DNA of 64,000 nucleotides from Eledone cirrhosa (lineage: Eukaryota): positions 24,552,001-24,616,000 of the forward strand of contig OZ024746.1 of NCBI GenBank assembly GCA_964016885.1. The letters are read 5' to 3'. The first letter of the stretch is position 1. Each line of letters begins with the position of its first letter. Below are positions 1 through 12,719 of this stretch, in pieces. Below the pieces are notes generated by a model that worked only from the letters and a program-made list of their open reading frames with translations, did no database searches and was not told the origin of the DNA. Both the position numbers and the translations under genes were made by a program.

Positions 1-60
<60 letters not shown>

Positions 61-137
61 ATGGTGGTGGTGGTGACGGTGGTGGTGGTGGTGGTGGTGG
101 TGGTGGTGGTGGTGGTGGTGGTGGTGGTATCAGCAAC

Positions 138-205
<68 letters not shown>

Positions 206-215
206 CAGCAGCAAC

Positions 216-278
<63 letters not shown>

Positions 279-296
279 GGTGGTGGCAGCAGCAAC

Positions 297-329
<33 letters not shown>

Positions 330-365
330 GATGGCAGCAGCAACAGTAGTAGCATTAGTAGTAGT

Positions 366-403
<38 letters not shown>

Positions 404-411
404 TAATAATA
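1..411. repeat. Compound trinucleotide microsatellite (GTA)n/(GTG)n/(GCA)n
   Basis: Pure runs directly visible; explains the poly-Val/Ala ORF 58..417. Confidence 0.97.
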
Positions 412-720
412 AGTTGATTAAGTTTAAAGTTAATGTGGTATAAATATAATCGAACAAAGACAAGATCCAACGTCTGTTTTGTTCCTGCCACAATAGCTCC
501 ATACAAAGACAACACTACATGCAGACGTGGAAGAACCTCATCAAGATTCTCAATAAACCAATCACATCATTAATAAGTGTTCAATAAGTTAGTAAATTGC
601 CAATACGTACAAATTTTCTTCTATTGTTTTATTTTAACTAGTCAGCATTCGCACGTACAATAACAATATGGCGTTGTAAAGTGGCATCACACATACCATT
701 AGCTTTATTGTCATTATCCC

Positions 721-2330
721 TATTATTATCTACAGTATTATCTACAGTATTATCTACAGTATTATGTATAGTATTATGTACAGTATTATGTATAGTATTA
801 TGCATAGTATTATGTACAGTATTATGTATAGTATTATCTACAGCATTATCTACAGTATTATCTATAGTATTATGTATAGTATTATCTACAGTATTATGTA
901 TAGTATTATGTATAGTATTATGTATAGTATTATCTACAGCATTATCTACAGCATTATCTACAGTATTATGTATAGTATTATCTACAGTATTATGTATAGT
1001 ATTATGTATAGTATTATGTATAGTATTATCTACAGCATTATCTACAGTATTATCTATAGTATTATGTACAGTATTATGTATAGTATTATCTACAGTATTA
1101 TCTACAGTATTATCTATAGTATTATGTACAGTATTATGTATAGTATTATCTACAGTATTATGTATAGTATTATGTATAGTATTATGTATAGTATTATCTA
1201 CAGCATTATCTACAGTATTATCTACAGTATTATGTATAGTATTATGTATAGTATTATCTACAGTATTATGTATAGTATTATGTATAGTATTATGTATAGT
1301 ATTATCTACAGTATTATCTACAGTATTATCTATAGTATTATGTACAGTATTATGTATAGTATTATCTACAGTATTATGTATAGTATTATGTATAGTATTA
1401 TGTATAGTATTATGTATAGTATTATCTACAGCATTATCTACAGTATTATGTATAGTATTATGTATAGTATTATGTATAGTATTATGTATAGTATTATCTA
1501 CAGCATTATCTACAGTATTATGTATAGTATTATGTATAGTATTATCTACAGTATTATCTACAGTATTATCTACAGTATTATGTATAGTATTATGTATAGT
1601 ATTATGTATAGTATTATCAGCATTATCTACAGTATTATGTATAGTATTATCTACAGTATTATGTATAGTATTATGTATAGTATTATGCATAGTATTATCT
1701 ACAGTATTATCTACAGTATTATCTACAGTATTATGTATAGTATTAAGCATAGTATTATGTACAGTATTATGTATAGTATTATCTACAGTATTATGTATAG
1801 TATTATGTATAGTATTATGCATAGTATTATCTACAGTATTATGTATAGTATTATCTACAGTATTATGTATAGTATTAAGCATAGTATTATCTACAGTATT
1901 ATGTATAGTATTATGTATAGTATTATGCATAGTATTATCTACAGTATTATCTACAGTATTATCTACAGTATTATGTATAGTATTAAGCATAGTATTATCT
2001 ACAGTATTATGTATAGTATTATGTATAGTATTATGCATAGTATTATCTACAGTATTATCTATAGTATTATCTACAGTATTATGTATAGTATTAAGCATAG
2101 TATTATGTACAGTATTATGTACAGTATTATGTATAGTATTATCTACAGCATTATCTACAGTATTATGTATAGTATTATGTATAGTATTATGTATAGTATT
2201 ATCTACAGTATTATCTATAGTATTATGTATAGTATTATCTACAGCATTATCTACAGTATTATCTACAGTATTATCTACAGCATTATCTACAGTATTATCT
2301 ACAGTATTATCTACAGTATTATCTACACTA
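721..2330. repeat. 12-bp minisatellite, consensus GTATTAT(G/C)TA(T/C)A, ~134 units
   Basis: Continuous 12-bp period with variants gtattatgtata, gtattatctaca, gcattatctaca and gtattaagcata; explains ORFs 638..2098, 681..2342 and 764..2359. Confidence 0.97.
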
Positions 2331-2531
2331 TTAGATCTATAGATGAATGCATCACATGAAATTGCATCATCTTACATGGCTGCAATAATGTCTTCTTTTT
2401 TTGTTTTTCGCATTAACATTAATCGACTTCAGTTTGATTCTATTCCGTGAAGAACGATTATTTTATTGCTGATGCCTTTTGATGTGTGTCTCTTGTTACA
2501 GATGTTTACACACACACACACACACACAAAG

Positions 2532-2563
<32 letters not shown>

Positions 2564-2564
2564 A

Positions 2565-2755
2565 TATTTAATATAGACATGGTTTCTACAGGACTAGAAC
2601 TGTTTCATTCGGGAGAAATCATCAGAGCTTCCTGATGATTTCTCCCGAATGAAACAGTTCTAGTCCTGTAGAAGCCATTTCTATATTAAATATTTATACT
2701 CTGCTATGTATTGAGTACCTTACTTACTGTAGTTACCTCCGATTGACCCCGGGAT

Positions 2756-2760
<5 letters not shown>
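2565..2760 (+). mobile_element. Fold-back insert, family A (PLE pseudo-LTR-like fragment with hammerhead)
   Basis: Inverted arms ~2565-2625 / 2632-2691, ends in (TA)n; homologous copy on the minus strand at 29927-30073. Confidence 0.7.
2627..2675 (+). ncRNA. Type-I hammerhead ribozyme motif (family A)
   Basis: gcttc-CTGATGA-t.ttc(tccc)gaa.t-GAA-Acag(ttctagtc)ctgT-A|gaagc: stem I 5 bp, stem II 3 bp, stem III 4 bp, GUA triplet. Confidence 0.75.
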
Positions 2761-3057
<297 letters not shown>

Positions 3058-3185
3058 TGCGGGGCTGAGACCGGGGAGACCACTAATTATGGGAGTACTG
3101 AATGCATGGAGAAACTGACTACACCTCCGTTAAAGGCTTACTGAACCACAAGCCGAAACCTCATGGTGCCGTGGTCGGGATTTTA

Positions 3186-3225
<40 letters not shown>

Positions 3226-3290
3226 TCTCCCCCCCCCCCCTCTCTCTCTCTCAGCAGTGGTATCAACAAAAGTAACCTCAACAACAACGT

Positions 3291-3321
<31 letters not shown>

Positions 3322-3740
3322 AAGAAGAAGAAGAAGAAGCTTATTAACTAGCTTTGTCTCAACTTTCCGGCAAGCTTAAAGCTCTTCCGGCAGTGGAGAG
3401 TCTATCAGGTAGTATTTTAGCCACTTCCTGTCCGGTCAAAGTGAATCCATTTACAAATCAACTAGCGCACGTGGCCATTGTTTCTTTCCGTTCTTTCTTA
3501 CTTTCTTTATTTATTGATGTATTTATTTTGGTATTAATATATCCGGCTTAATATTCAAGTGTATTGTGTTATGGGACACGGGTCTAGATCCACAATGGCC
3601 GCTGGTTGGTGGATCCCCATACCATTTCATTACAGCCTTCGGATCATTGACGTTCTGCGTTGGAAAAAGAATGAGGAACTTGGGACACTGGGACACTGAA
3701 ACTGTGCATGGGTCCTTTGTATATACAGTATGTGTGTATG

Positions 3741-3805
<65 letters not shown>

Positions 3806-3875
3806 GGGCGGGCGTTGTATTGTATATATATGGGGGCTGCGTTGTATTGACTTTGTTCATGTGTTACCTCAATGC

Positions 3876-3934
<59 letters not shown>

Positions 3935-3985
3935 ATAATTTCACAGTAAGAATTGCCTAGATAAAATGTGTCCAAATACCATGCG

Positions 3986-4025
<40 letters not shown>

Positions 4026-4075
4026 ATAATTTCACAGTAAGAATTGCCTAGATAAAATGTGTCCAAATACCATGC

Positions 4076-4144
<69 letters not shown>

Positions 4145-4224
4145 GGTGGGGTGCCCCAGCATGGCCTCAGCCGGATGGCTGGAACAAGTAAAATATTAAA
4201 AGAGTATATATATATAGAGAGCGA

Positions 4225-4322
<98 letters not shown>

Positions 4323-5632
4323 ATATATATATATACATATATATGTATATATAGGTTCAATGATATGAGATTGCTGTGAATCCTGCTGTGATTCATGTGG
4401 ATATTAAAAGGGTGTACCAAATACAAGTGTGTCACTTGTTCGATGCATTACTGATTCTACTATTCCTACATCCTAGCAATAAAGATTTCTAGCAGACATA
4501 ATGTTACGAACTACCTGAGGACGGATCGATCATTTTTATCGATCTCATAATTGGACTGTTATTTTATTTTGTCGATCTAAGATGAAAAAAGACAAAGTCG
4601 ACTTCGCCGGGGTTTGAACTCAGAGCATAAAGCGATGTAATTTAATCACATGGTGAAAGATTTGGGGTAAATGTATAATCAGTTATATCGACTCCAGTAT
4701 TTTACTGGTATTATATTTTATCGAACTAAGAAGGATTGGAAAGCAAAGTTTACCTCGGTGGTATTTGAACTTAAATCTTAAAGAGATGGAAAAATATTGA
4801 GTTTTAATTTAAACACAAGACTTCCATTTTTTTTTTTTTAAATTTTATAATCGATCCTGGAAGAATGAAAGGGTAAGTTGACTGCGGCAGGATTTGAACA
4901 GAAAACGTCAGGAGATGAAGACAATATTGATCGGATACAAGTGTCGTCGGTTTTCATAAATCATTGAAATAAAAAACATACAAAAAAAATAAAGAAAACA
5001 AACAAATTATTTGACAGAAGAGAAAAGTACAAGGAGAGTTGTCCATAAAAAAAGTGGAGTCGACCAATAAACGCAGTTGACAAAAGAAGACGTGACTGAC
5101 ATCTTGGTTCGGACTAAGAAGTCTTTGAGAGAACAGAGGAAGCGAAAAAAGGAATAAGGAATGGTTGGGTGAAAGGGTGAAGGGGTGAAGTGTTGGAATA
5201 GAGGAAACGAAAGAAGGAATATAGGAGGAGGATTGAGTGAAGAGAGGAAGTGTTGGAAGGTGGGGAATGAGAAAGGAAGTAAGAGAGAGAGAGAGAGAGA
5301 GAGAGAGGGGGTGGGGGGTGGAGAGAGGTGGGAAATGACGAGATCTTTATGAGAACGGAGGGAACAACAAATTGATGGAGGAAAACTATACGTTGGTGAC
5401 AATATATAGACATCAAAGAGAAAGTATTAAAATTACAGTAATATCAATAATAATAATAAAGAGATTATAATAGAAATAATAAAGAAAACATATAGAGAAG
5501 GCAGAAATGAGTGAAATAGAGAGAGAGATGGAAAAGAGGGGCAGCAGAGAAGGTTAGAGACAAAGAGAGGGAAGGGGTGCTGAATATAAAACTAGAGCGA
5601 AGTTAAAGAAAACAGTAATAGTAGTAGTAGTG

Positions 5633-5698
<66 letters not shown>

Positions 5699-6088
5699 AG
5701 AAGAAGAAGAAGGCAAAAAAAAAGAAGAAAAAAGTACTAAGTTGGTTTGAGATGAAAGAACGTGGAATGTCTTTGAATTACTGAAGAAAATGGTGTCTGT
5801 TATCCAACTACCATGTTTTTCTCACATACACACACACACACTCTGCTTCTCTCTCTTTCTCTCTCTCGCTCTCCCGCTCTCTTTTCATTAAGGACCACCT
5901 CCGTTCCGAAATAACATGGCGACAGCAGTGTCGGATTTGCACTCTTTATTGCGTAGAGTAAAAAATAGTCTCCGATGTAGCCGTCGGTTATACATTTTGA
6001 ATGCAGCCGATAATTGTTGTCGTAAATAGTAAACTGCTCAAAAGGCGTCACCGTATAGGTAAATATATGTATGTCCATGTATATGTAT

Positions 6089-6128
<40 letters not shown>

Positions 6129-6205
6129 CAAATTTAGACGGGAACAAAACAGAGAGGCAGACAATATATATATATATATATATGTATACATATATATATA
6201 TACAT

Positions 6206-6282
<77 letters not shown>

Positions 6283-6298
6283 CATACACACACACATA

Positions 6299-6343
<45 letters not shown>

Positions 6344-6485
6344 GTGTATGTGTGCGTATGTATGTATACATATACATATCTATGCAACTATCTATCTATC
6401 AATCTATTATATATGTAGCTAGCAATTTCTCTATATAAAAATATATATGCAGAGTATATATACATACACAAGTACACACACACAC

Positions 6486-6548
<63 letters not shown>

Positions 6549-6553
<5 letters not shown>

Positions 6554-7021
6554 TATATATTTTTATAACTGATATAAAGCACTCAACAAATTATTGGAGT
6601 AAATATACAATATATTAACAAATGGAAACTATATTTATAAAACCATATTTATTTCATTATACATATTTCAAGGGCCACCAAGGCAAACTATGGTGCGCTT
6701 TCATCAGATAAAATATAATATAGGTTAGTTTTATAAATAAATATTGACATACCCTGTCAGGGTATGTCAATATTTATTTATAAAACTAACCTATAATATA
6801 TTGTATTGACATACCTGTCAGGGTATGTCAATATTTATTTATAAAACTAACCTATATTATATTTTATCTGATGAAAGCGCACCATAGTTTGCCTTGGTGG
6901 CCCTTGAAATATGTATAATGAAATAAATATGGTTTTATAAATATAGTTTCCATTTGTTAATATATTGTATATTTACTCCAATAATTTGTTGAGTGCTTTA
7001 TATCAGTTATAAAAATATATA

Positions 7022-7026
<5 letters not shown>
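6549..7026. mobile_element. Large fold-back insert in (TA)n with ~208-bp arms (6549-6756 / 6819-7026)
   Basis: Arms are reverse complements; the spacer holds a further partial fold-back; each arm contains a hammerhead motif. Confidence 0.85.
6860..6925 (+). ncRNA. Minimal type-I hammerhead ribozyme (mirror copy 6650-6715 on minus strand)
   Basis: tattttat-CTGATGA-aagcgcacca...tggtggccctt-GAA-ATATGTAT-A|atgaaata: 8-bp stem I, ~9-bp stem II, near-palindromic stem III, followed by AATAAA. Confidence 0.8.
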
Positions 7027-7093
<67 letters not shown>

Positions 7094-7451
7094 AGGTTAA
7101 GAAGTTCACTTCACAACCACGCGTTCCAGGTTCGTTCCTGCCTCTACTGCAGCCTCGGGCTCATTGATACCATCAGTGTGATGTCTTAGACGGAAACTGT
7201 ATAGATATAACACATACACCTACACGCATTCACACACACACACATACATACACACATACACGCACGCATATATATATATATATATATATATACACATTTA
7301 TATATATATATGAGTATATATGCATATTTATATATATTCATTGTAAGTATACATATATATGTGTATGTATGCATATATATGTATATATGTATGCATATAT
7401 ATGTATATATGTATGTATATATGTATATATGCATGTATATATACACCCCCT

Positions 7452-7572
<121 letters not shown>

Positions 7573-7980
7573 TATATATATACATATATATAAATAATAA
7601 TTTAGCAAGAATCGGGTAGAATTCGGCGGGTAGAAATTAGCGAAACGCAACTTCCATATTGTGCAGACAAGCGCTCCATGGATATGAAGAAGATACCAGA
7701 GCTATAAACATAAGTTAAAATGGTCATACACGCTGAGACAATGGTTAAGAAGCCATTAACCACCATAGCCAAAAAAGCGAAAAAGCTAAAAGGGTCATAT
7801 ATATATATATACATATATATAGTATTAATTATACTATTTATGGTTATGCAAATACAAAAACCTTTTGCAGTTATATATATTTTTATATAAACAGTTGTAA
7901 GCATAAAAATGTTTTGAACAGTTCTTTGATTCTTATAATTCATATATACATATATATATATATATATATACATATATATA

Positions 7981-8296
7981 TAATAATAATAATAAAATTG
8001 AAGACTAAAATCCAGAGAGGGCTCGATAAGGAAAATATATATCAAATATATAAGAACCGAAGAGCAAATATTTATTAAAATAACAGATTAAAGTTTAAGC
8101 AAAGAATCGCTGCTTTCACCCTTAACGGGATCTTCTGAAACTAACAAAGTCAATCTGTAAACGCAGAAGTGGATATTTCAAAAAACGTTGCAACCGGAGG
8201 AAGACAGGAAGACGATGACTTTGTTAGTTTCAGAACATCCCGTTAAGGGTGAAAGCAGCGATTCTTTGCTTAAACTTTAATCTGTTATTTTAATAA

Positions 8297-8299
<3 letters not shown>
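7981..8299 (-). mobile_element. Fold-back insert, family C, with variant hammerhead-like motif at 8092-8142 (-)
   Basis: Arms 8069-8152 / 8216-8299; minus strand reads agttt-CAGAAGA-t.ccc(gttaa)ggg.t-GAA-Agca...tgcT-T|aaact; other copies at 35921-36100 and 49682-49863. Confidence 0.7.
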
Positions 8300-8369
<70 letters not shown>

Positions 8370-8375
8370 TATACA

Positions 8376-8473
<98 letters not shown>

Positions 8474-8474
8474 C

Positions 8475-8583
<109 letters not shown>

Positions 8584-8704
8584 CACCAATATAAGTATGC
8601 ATAATAAATGTTTCGGCTGTGTATTTCTAAAATGTAAATAAGAAAATCTGAAACGCGGTTTCTAACAGCAATAAGAATATGTAACAAACACAACAACAAC
8701 ATCG

Positions 8705-8759
<55 letters not shown>

Positions 8760-8855
8760 AATAACAGTGATATTGACAATGTTAAGCTGAATGAGAATTT
8801 ATAAAGTGATTTCATGAAATAGTCTATCAATGGTTCCGACGACAAAAACATGGAT

Positions 8856-8863
8856 GACAACAG

Positions 8864-8898
<35 letters not shown>

Positions 8899-9220
8899 AC
8901 AACAGCAGCAGCAACAACAGCAGCAACGACAACAGCAGTAGCAGCAGCAACAACAGCAGCAACAACGACAACAGCAGCAGCAACATCAACAGTATCAGCA
9001 GCAACAACAGCATCAACAACAACAACAGTAGCAGCAGCACAACAGCAGCAGCAACAAAAGCAGCAGCAGCAGCAACAACAGCATCAACAACAACAGCAGT
9101 AGCAGCAGCAACAACAGCAGCCGTAGCAGCAGCAACAACAGCAGCAGCTATAGCGACAACAATAACATCAGCAGCAGCAGCAGCAGTGACAATGGCAATA
9201 ACTCGAATGACAACATCATC

Positions 9221-9253
<33 letters not shown>

Positions 9254-9623
9254 CTCGATGACGACAACATCATGAACAATGACGACAACACATCGACAAC
9301 AACAACGTCAGCAATAATAACAGTCACAACATCGACAACAACAAAAACAACAACAACAACAGCAGTGAGAGCAATAACAACAACAACAGCAAAAACAACA
9401 ACAACAACAACAACAGCAAAAACAACAACAACAACAGCAGTGAGAGCAATAACAACAACAACAGCAAAAACAACAACAACAACAGCAGTGAGAGCAATAA
9501 TAACAACAACAGCAAAAACAACAACATCAATAGCAGTGAGAGCAATAACAACAACAACACCAAAAACAACAACAACAACAGCAGTTAGAGCAATAATAAT
9601 AACAACAACAACAACAACAACAA

Positions 9624-9655
<32 letters not shown>

Positions 9656-10500
9656 GTGAGAGCAATAACAAAAACAACAATAACAACAACAACAACAACA
9701 ACAGTGAGATAATAACAACAACAACAGCAAAAACAACAAAAACAAAACAGTGAGATAACAACAACAACAAGAGTGAAGCAATAACAACAACAACATTGAA
9801 AGCAATAACAACAACAAGAGCAAAAACAAGAACAACAGCAGCAGTTAGAGCAATAACAACAACAACAGCAAAAACAACAACAACAGCAGCAGTTAGAGCA
9901 ATAATAACAACAACAACAACAATAATAACAACAACAACAACAACAAAAACAACAACAACAGTGAGAGCAATAACAACAACAACAGCAAAAACAACAAAAA
10001 CAAAACAGTGAGATAACAACAACAACAACATTGAAAGCAATAACAACAACAACGTTGAAAGCAATAACAACAACAACAACAACATTGAAAGCAATAACAA
10101 CAACGACAACAACATTGAAAGCAATAACAACAACAACAACAACAACATTGAAAGCAATAACAACAACGACAACAACATTGAAAGCAATAACAACAACGAC
10201 AACAACATTGAAAGAAATATCAACAACAACATTGAAAGCAACAACAACAACAACAACATTGAAAGCAATAACAACAACAACAACATTGAAAGCAATAACA
10301 ACAACAACAACATTGAAAGCAATAACAACAACAACAACAACAACATTGAAAGCAACAACAACAACAACATTGAAAGCAACAACAACAACAGTGACAACAA
10401 TAACAACAGTGACAACAGTGACAACAATAACAACAACAACAACAACAACAACAGTGACAACAATAACAACAACAAGAGTGAAAGCAATAACAACAACAAT
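8856..10500. repeat. Cryptic (AAC)n/(AGC)n array with recurring higher-order blocks
   Basis: AAC/AGC runs punctuated by gcagtgagagcaat and then cattgaaagcaat blocks; explains the poly-T/V/L/C ORFs. Confidence 0.92.
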
Positions 10501-10748
10501 TGCAAGAGGAGAAGGCTGGTAGAATTGGGGAAGAAACCAAGGATATTTATTTTTCAAGTGTTATTTACCATCTTTGCTGTATATTTAATGAATAGAAGTA
10601 GGAGTAGGTCACCGAGGACATTTGCATTGTCATCTCCCTATCTGTCTATCTATCTGTCTAACTAAATGTTAGTCTGTCTCTCTCACTATACACACACAAA
10701 ATAAAATATAAATATATATGTATGTAAATATATATGTATATGTATATA

Positions 10749-11306
10749 TGGTGGCTGCCAACTCGTTTTCGAGTACGGCCACTACTTTATATCCATGTAG
10801 GAGAACCCCTACTGATGCGCTGACGAGTGTGACTTTTTAGTCCAGCCAGCGACTTGAAAACTCTGGTACAAACACTACACTAGTGACAATTATTGACACA
10901 TAGTGCGGGGTCCATGGTACCATGTGATGACAAGTGCAGAGAGATCTCCAGATATAAGGCAATGCCTGTGACGTGAAGCTTTTATAGTGAGCAAAGGTAC
11001 TGCACAAAGCCAGTCCCACTCTCTTAACCAATATGATATTTACCAAAAAGAAGAACAAGTCAACATCATTGGATTCCATCAGGGTTGCAGATGTTATATC
11101 AGAGTTTTCCTTCTCCTAGAATTCTGCCTTGACAAAGGCTAAGGGGTCATCTCTCCCGGTGATTTTGGATGGCCATTGGCTCTTAAGAGCTCCTTTGCTC
11201 TTTGCCCTTTGACAGGTTTTGTTTTTAGTCCTGCAGGATGTCCAAAGTCACCCTCCTCACCAAGAAACGTTGGTGGGGTTGCCAGTTTAGTCGCCAACGA
11301 CCCGAT
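10749..11306. mobile_element. Dispersed ~600-bp repeat, family D (truncated by a (TA)n insert)
   Basis: Near-identical to 41292-41905 and 32880-33178; no coding similarity recognised. Confidence 0.85.
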
Positions 11307-11337
11307 ATGTATATATATATATATCCATTCGGACGAA

Positions 11338-11471
11338 GCTCGTTGATGAAGTAACTCCAGTCCCCCGATTATCTGTAAGTCTTATATTTTTATATGAGCT
11401 GATAGATGACGGTTTAAGGATTTACAGAAACCCAAGAAGCTAGATATTCCATCTCTCTAGTGGGTCCGGGT
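11338..11471 (+). ncRNA. Extended type-I hammerhead-like motif with UUGAUGA core
   Basis: gctcg-TTGATGA-a.gtaactcc...ggatttac.a-GAA-Accca...tgggT-C|cgggt: all three stems pair, GUC triplet, C3 replaced by U. Confidence 0.6.
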
Positions 11472-11721
11472 ATGCATTTTACATTCATTTCATTTATTGA
11501 TTTATTGATAATTTATCTGAGTGTCCCGAATCTTCCATATCGAACTTTTCGGTTATTTGGTTGATTGTAGACATATTCTACGTGTGACGGTATTTTAACG
11601 ATAGTTATAGCTCTAATTTATTTGAATTATAGAGCCCTCTGCCGCTCATCTCGAATTTTGTTTATCGTGAACTCGTGCGCCGATTTTTCGATACTCGATT
11701 ATTCTACTATACATATGTTTA

Positions 11722-11925
11722 TATATATATTGTTATATTTGGGGAGGGTCATATTTGCGTAATATTCTCAGAATTAATAACAGAACACACTCACTGTTTG
11801 GTTGGTTTTCGCTTCTCGCTGTCTTTTATATATATATATCTGCGATCTAACTTACTCGGTCCTCAATAATACACGGTCCTCAATAATATACACGATTTCA
11901 TATAAAAAACCTCGCAAAACTAATT
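11722..11925 (-). mobile_element. Solo rearranged fragment of the PLE pseudo-LTR
   Basis: ~11728-11867 is the reverse complement of ~21950-22089; 11892-11925 matches 22103-22136 in forward orientation; flanked by (TA)n. Confidence 0.9.
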
Positions 11926-12005
<80 letters not shown>

Positions 12006-12046
12006 AGAAAAAAGAGAATCAGTGTTGCGACGAATGGAATTTATTG

Positions 12047-12141
12047 GACATATTACAATCGTTTCTCTGGCGACCAGCTCGAGGCACGATCGATGTGATG
12101 ATCGAACCTGACTCTAAAAATCGCAAGTCCTCAGATACGTC
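12047..12141 (-). ncRNA. Type-I hammerhead ribozyme motif with adjacent 72-bp fold-back (12132-12203)
   Basis: Minus strand: gacgtat-CTGAGGA-cttgcga...tcgccag.a-GAA-ACGATTGT-A|atatgtc, then AATAAA and (TA)n; 7-bp stem I, near-palindromic stem III, GUA triplet. Confidence 0.75.
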
Positions 12142-12719
12142 TTGATTCTACGAACCAGATTTTCCTAATGGAAAATCTGCTTCGTAGAATCAAGACGTAT
12201 CTGCCAAGAAATTTTCAAACTTAATGTGTTTTTACAATCCACAAATATAACAAAGCGATTCATTGGATTAATTAAAATGAATTGGTTTTCACCTGGCCTC
12301 GAAACTATACTGTTTGTTGGTGTTGCTGCTGATGATGATGGTGATGTTTTTGTTGTGGCTGCTGAGGATGATGATGGTGATGTTTATGTCTTCTTTGATA
12401 TCTAATCAGAAGCATCCCAACCGTAACCCTCCTTTGAATTACACGTGCAATCTATCCGCCAGGTTTCCTTATAACTTCCATCTACTCCATTTCAGTTTCT
12501 CTCTACTCGAGGTTAAGATAAAGAAACTCTTGCAAAATCCAATGCAATGGGATTCAACCCATGTCCTCGTGATTGCGAAGCGAACTTCGTGAGCATTCAG
12601 TCATGCCTACGTTTACAAGATTAGTCTAGGTCAGGGTTGATGACCTCAAGGCACGCGACGTGTCAGCAGTGACACCTCACGTGTTTTCAGGTGACACGCG
12701 ATTGATTCTGAAAGAAAAA

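Noticed and set aside
721-2330. CRISPR-like array
   Set aside because: No unique spacers, no cas genes, eukaryotic context.
638-2359. Three overlapping ORFs of 486-553 aa
   Set aside because: Translation of a stop-free 12-bp minisatellite; no domain or splice evidence.
8756-10557. Mucin-like Thr-rich or poly-Val/Leu/Cys ORFs
   Set aside because: The (AAC)n array changes frame repeatedly; simple-repeat artefact.
10837-11079. Recurrent 80-aa ORF (also at 32930 and 41380)
   Set aside because: Conserved only because it lies in young repeat family D; no recognisable domain.
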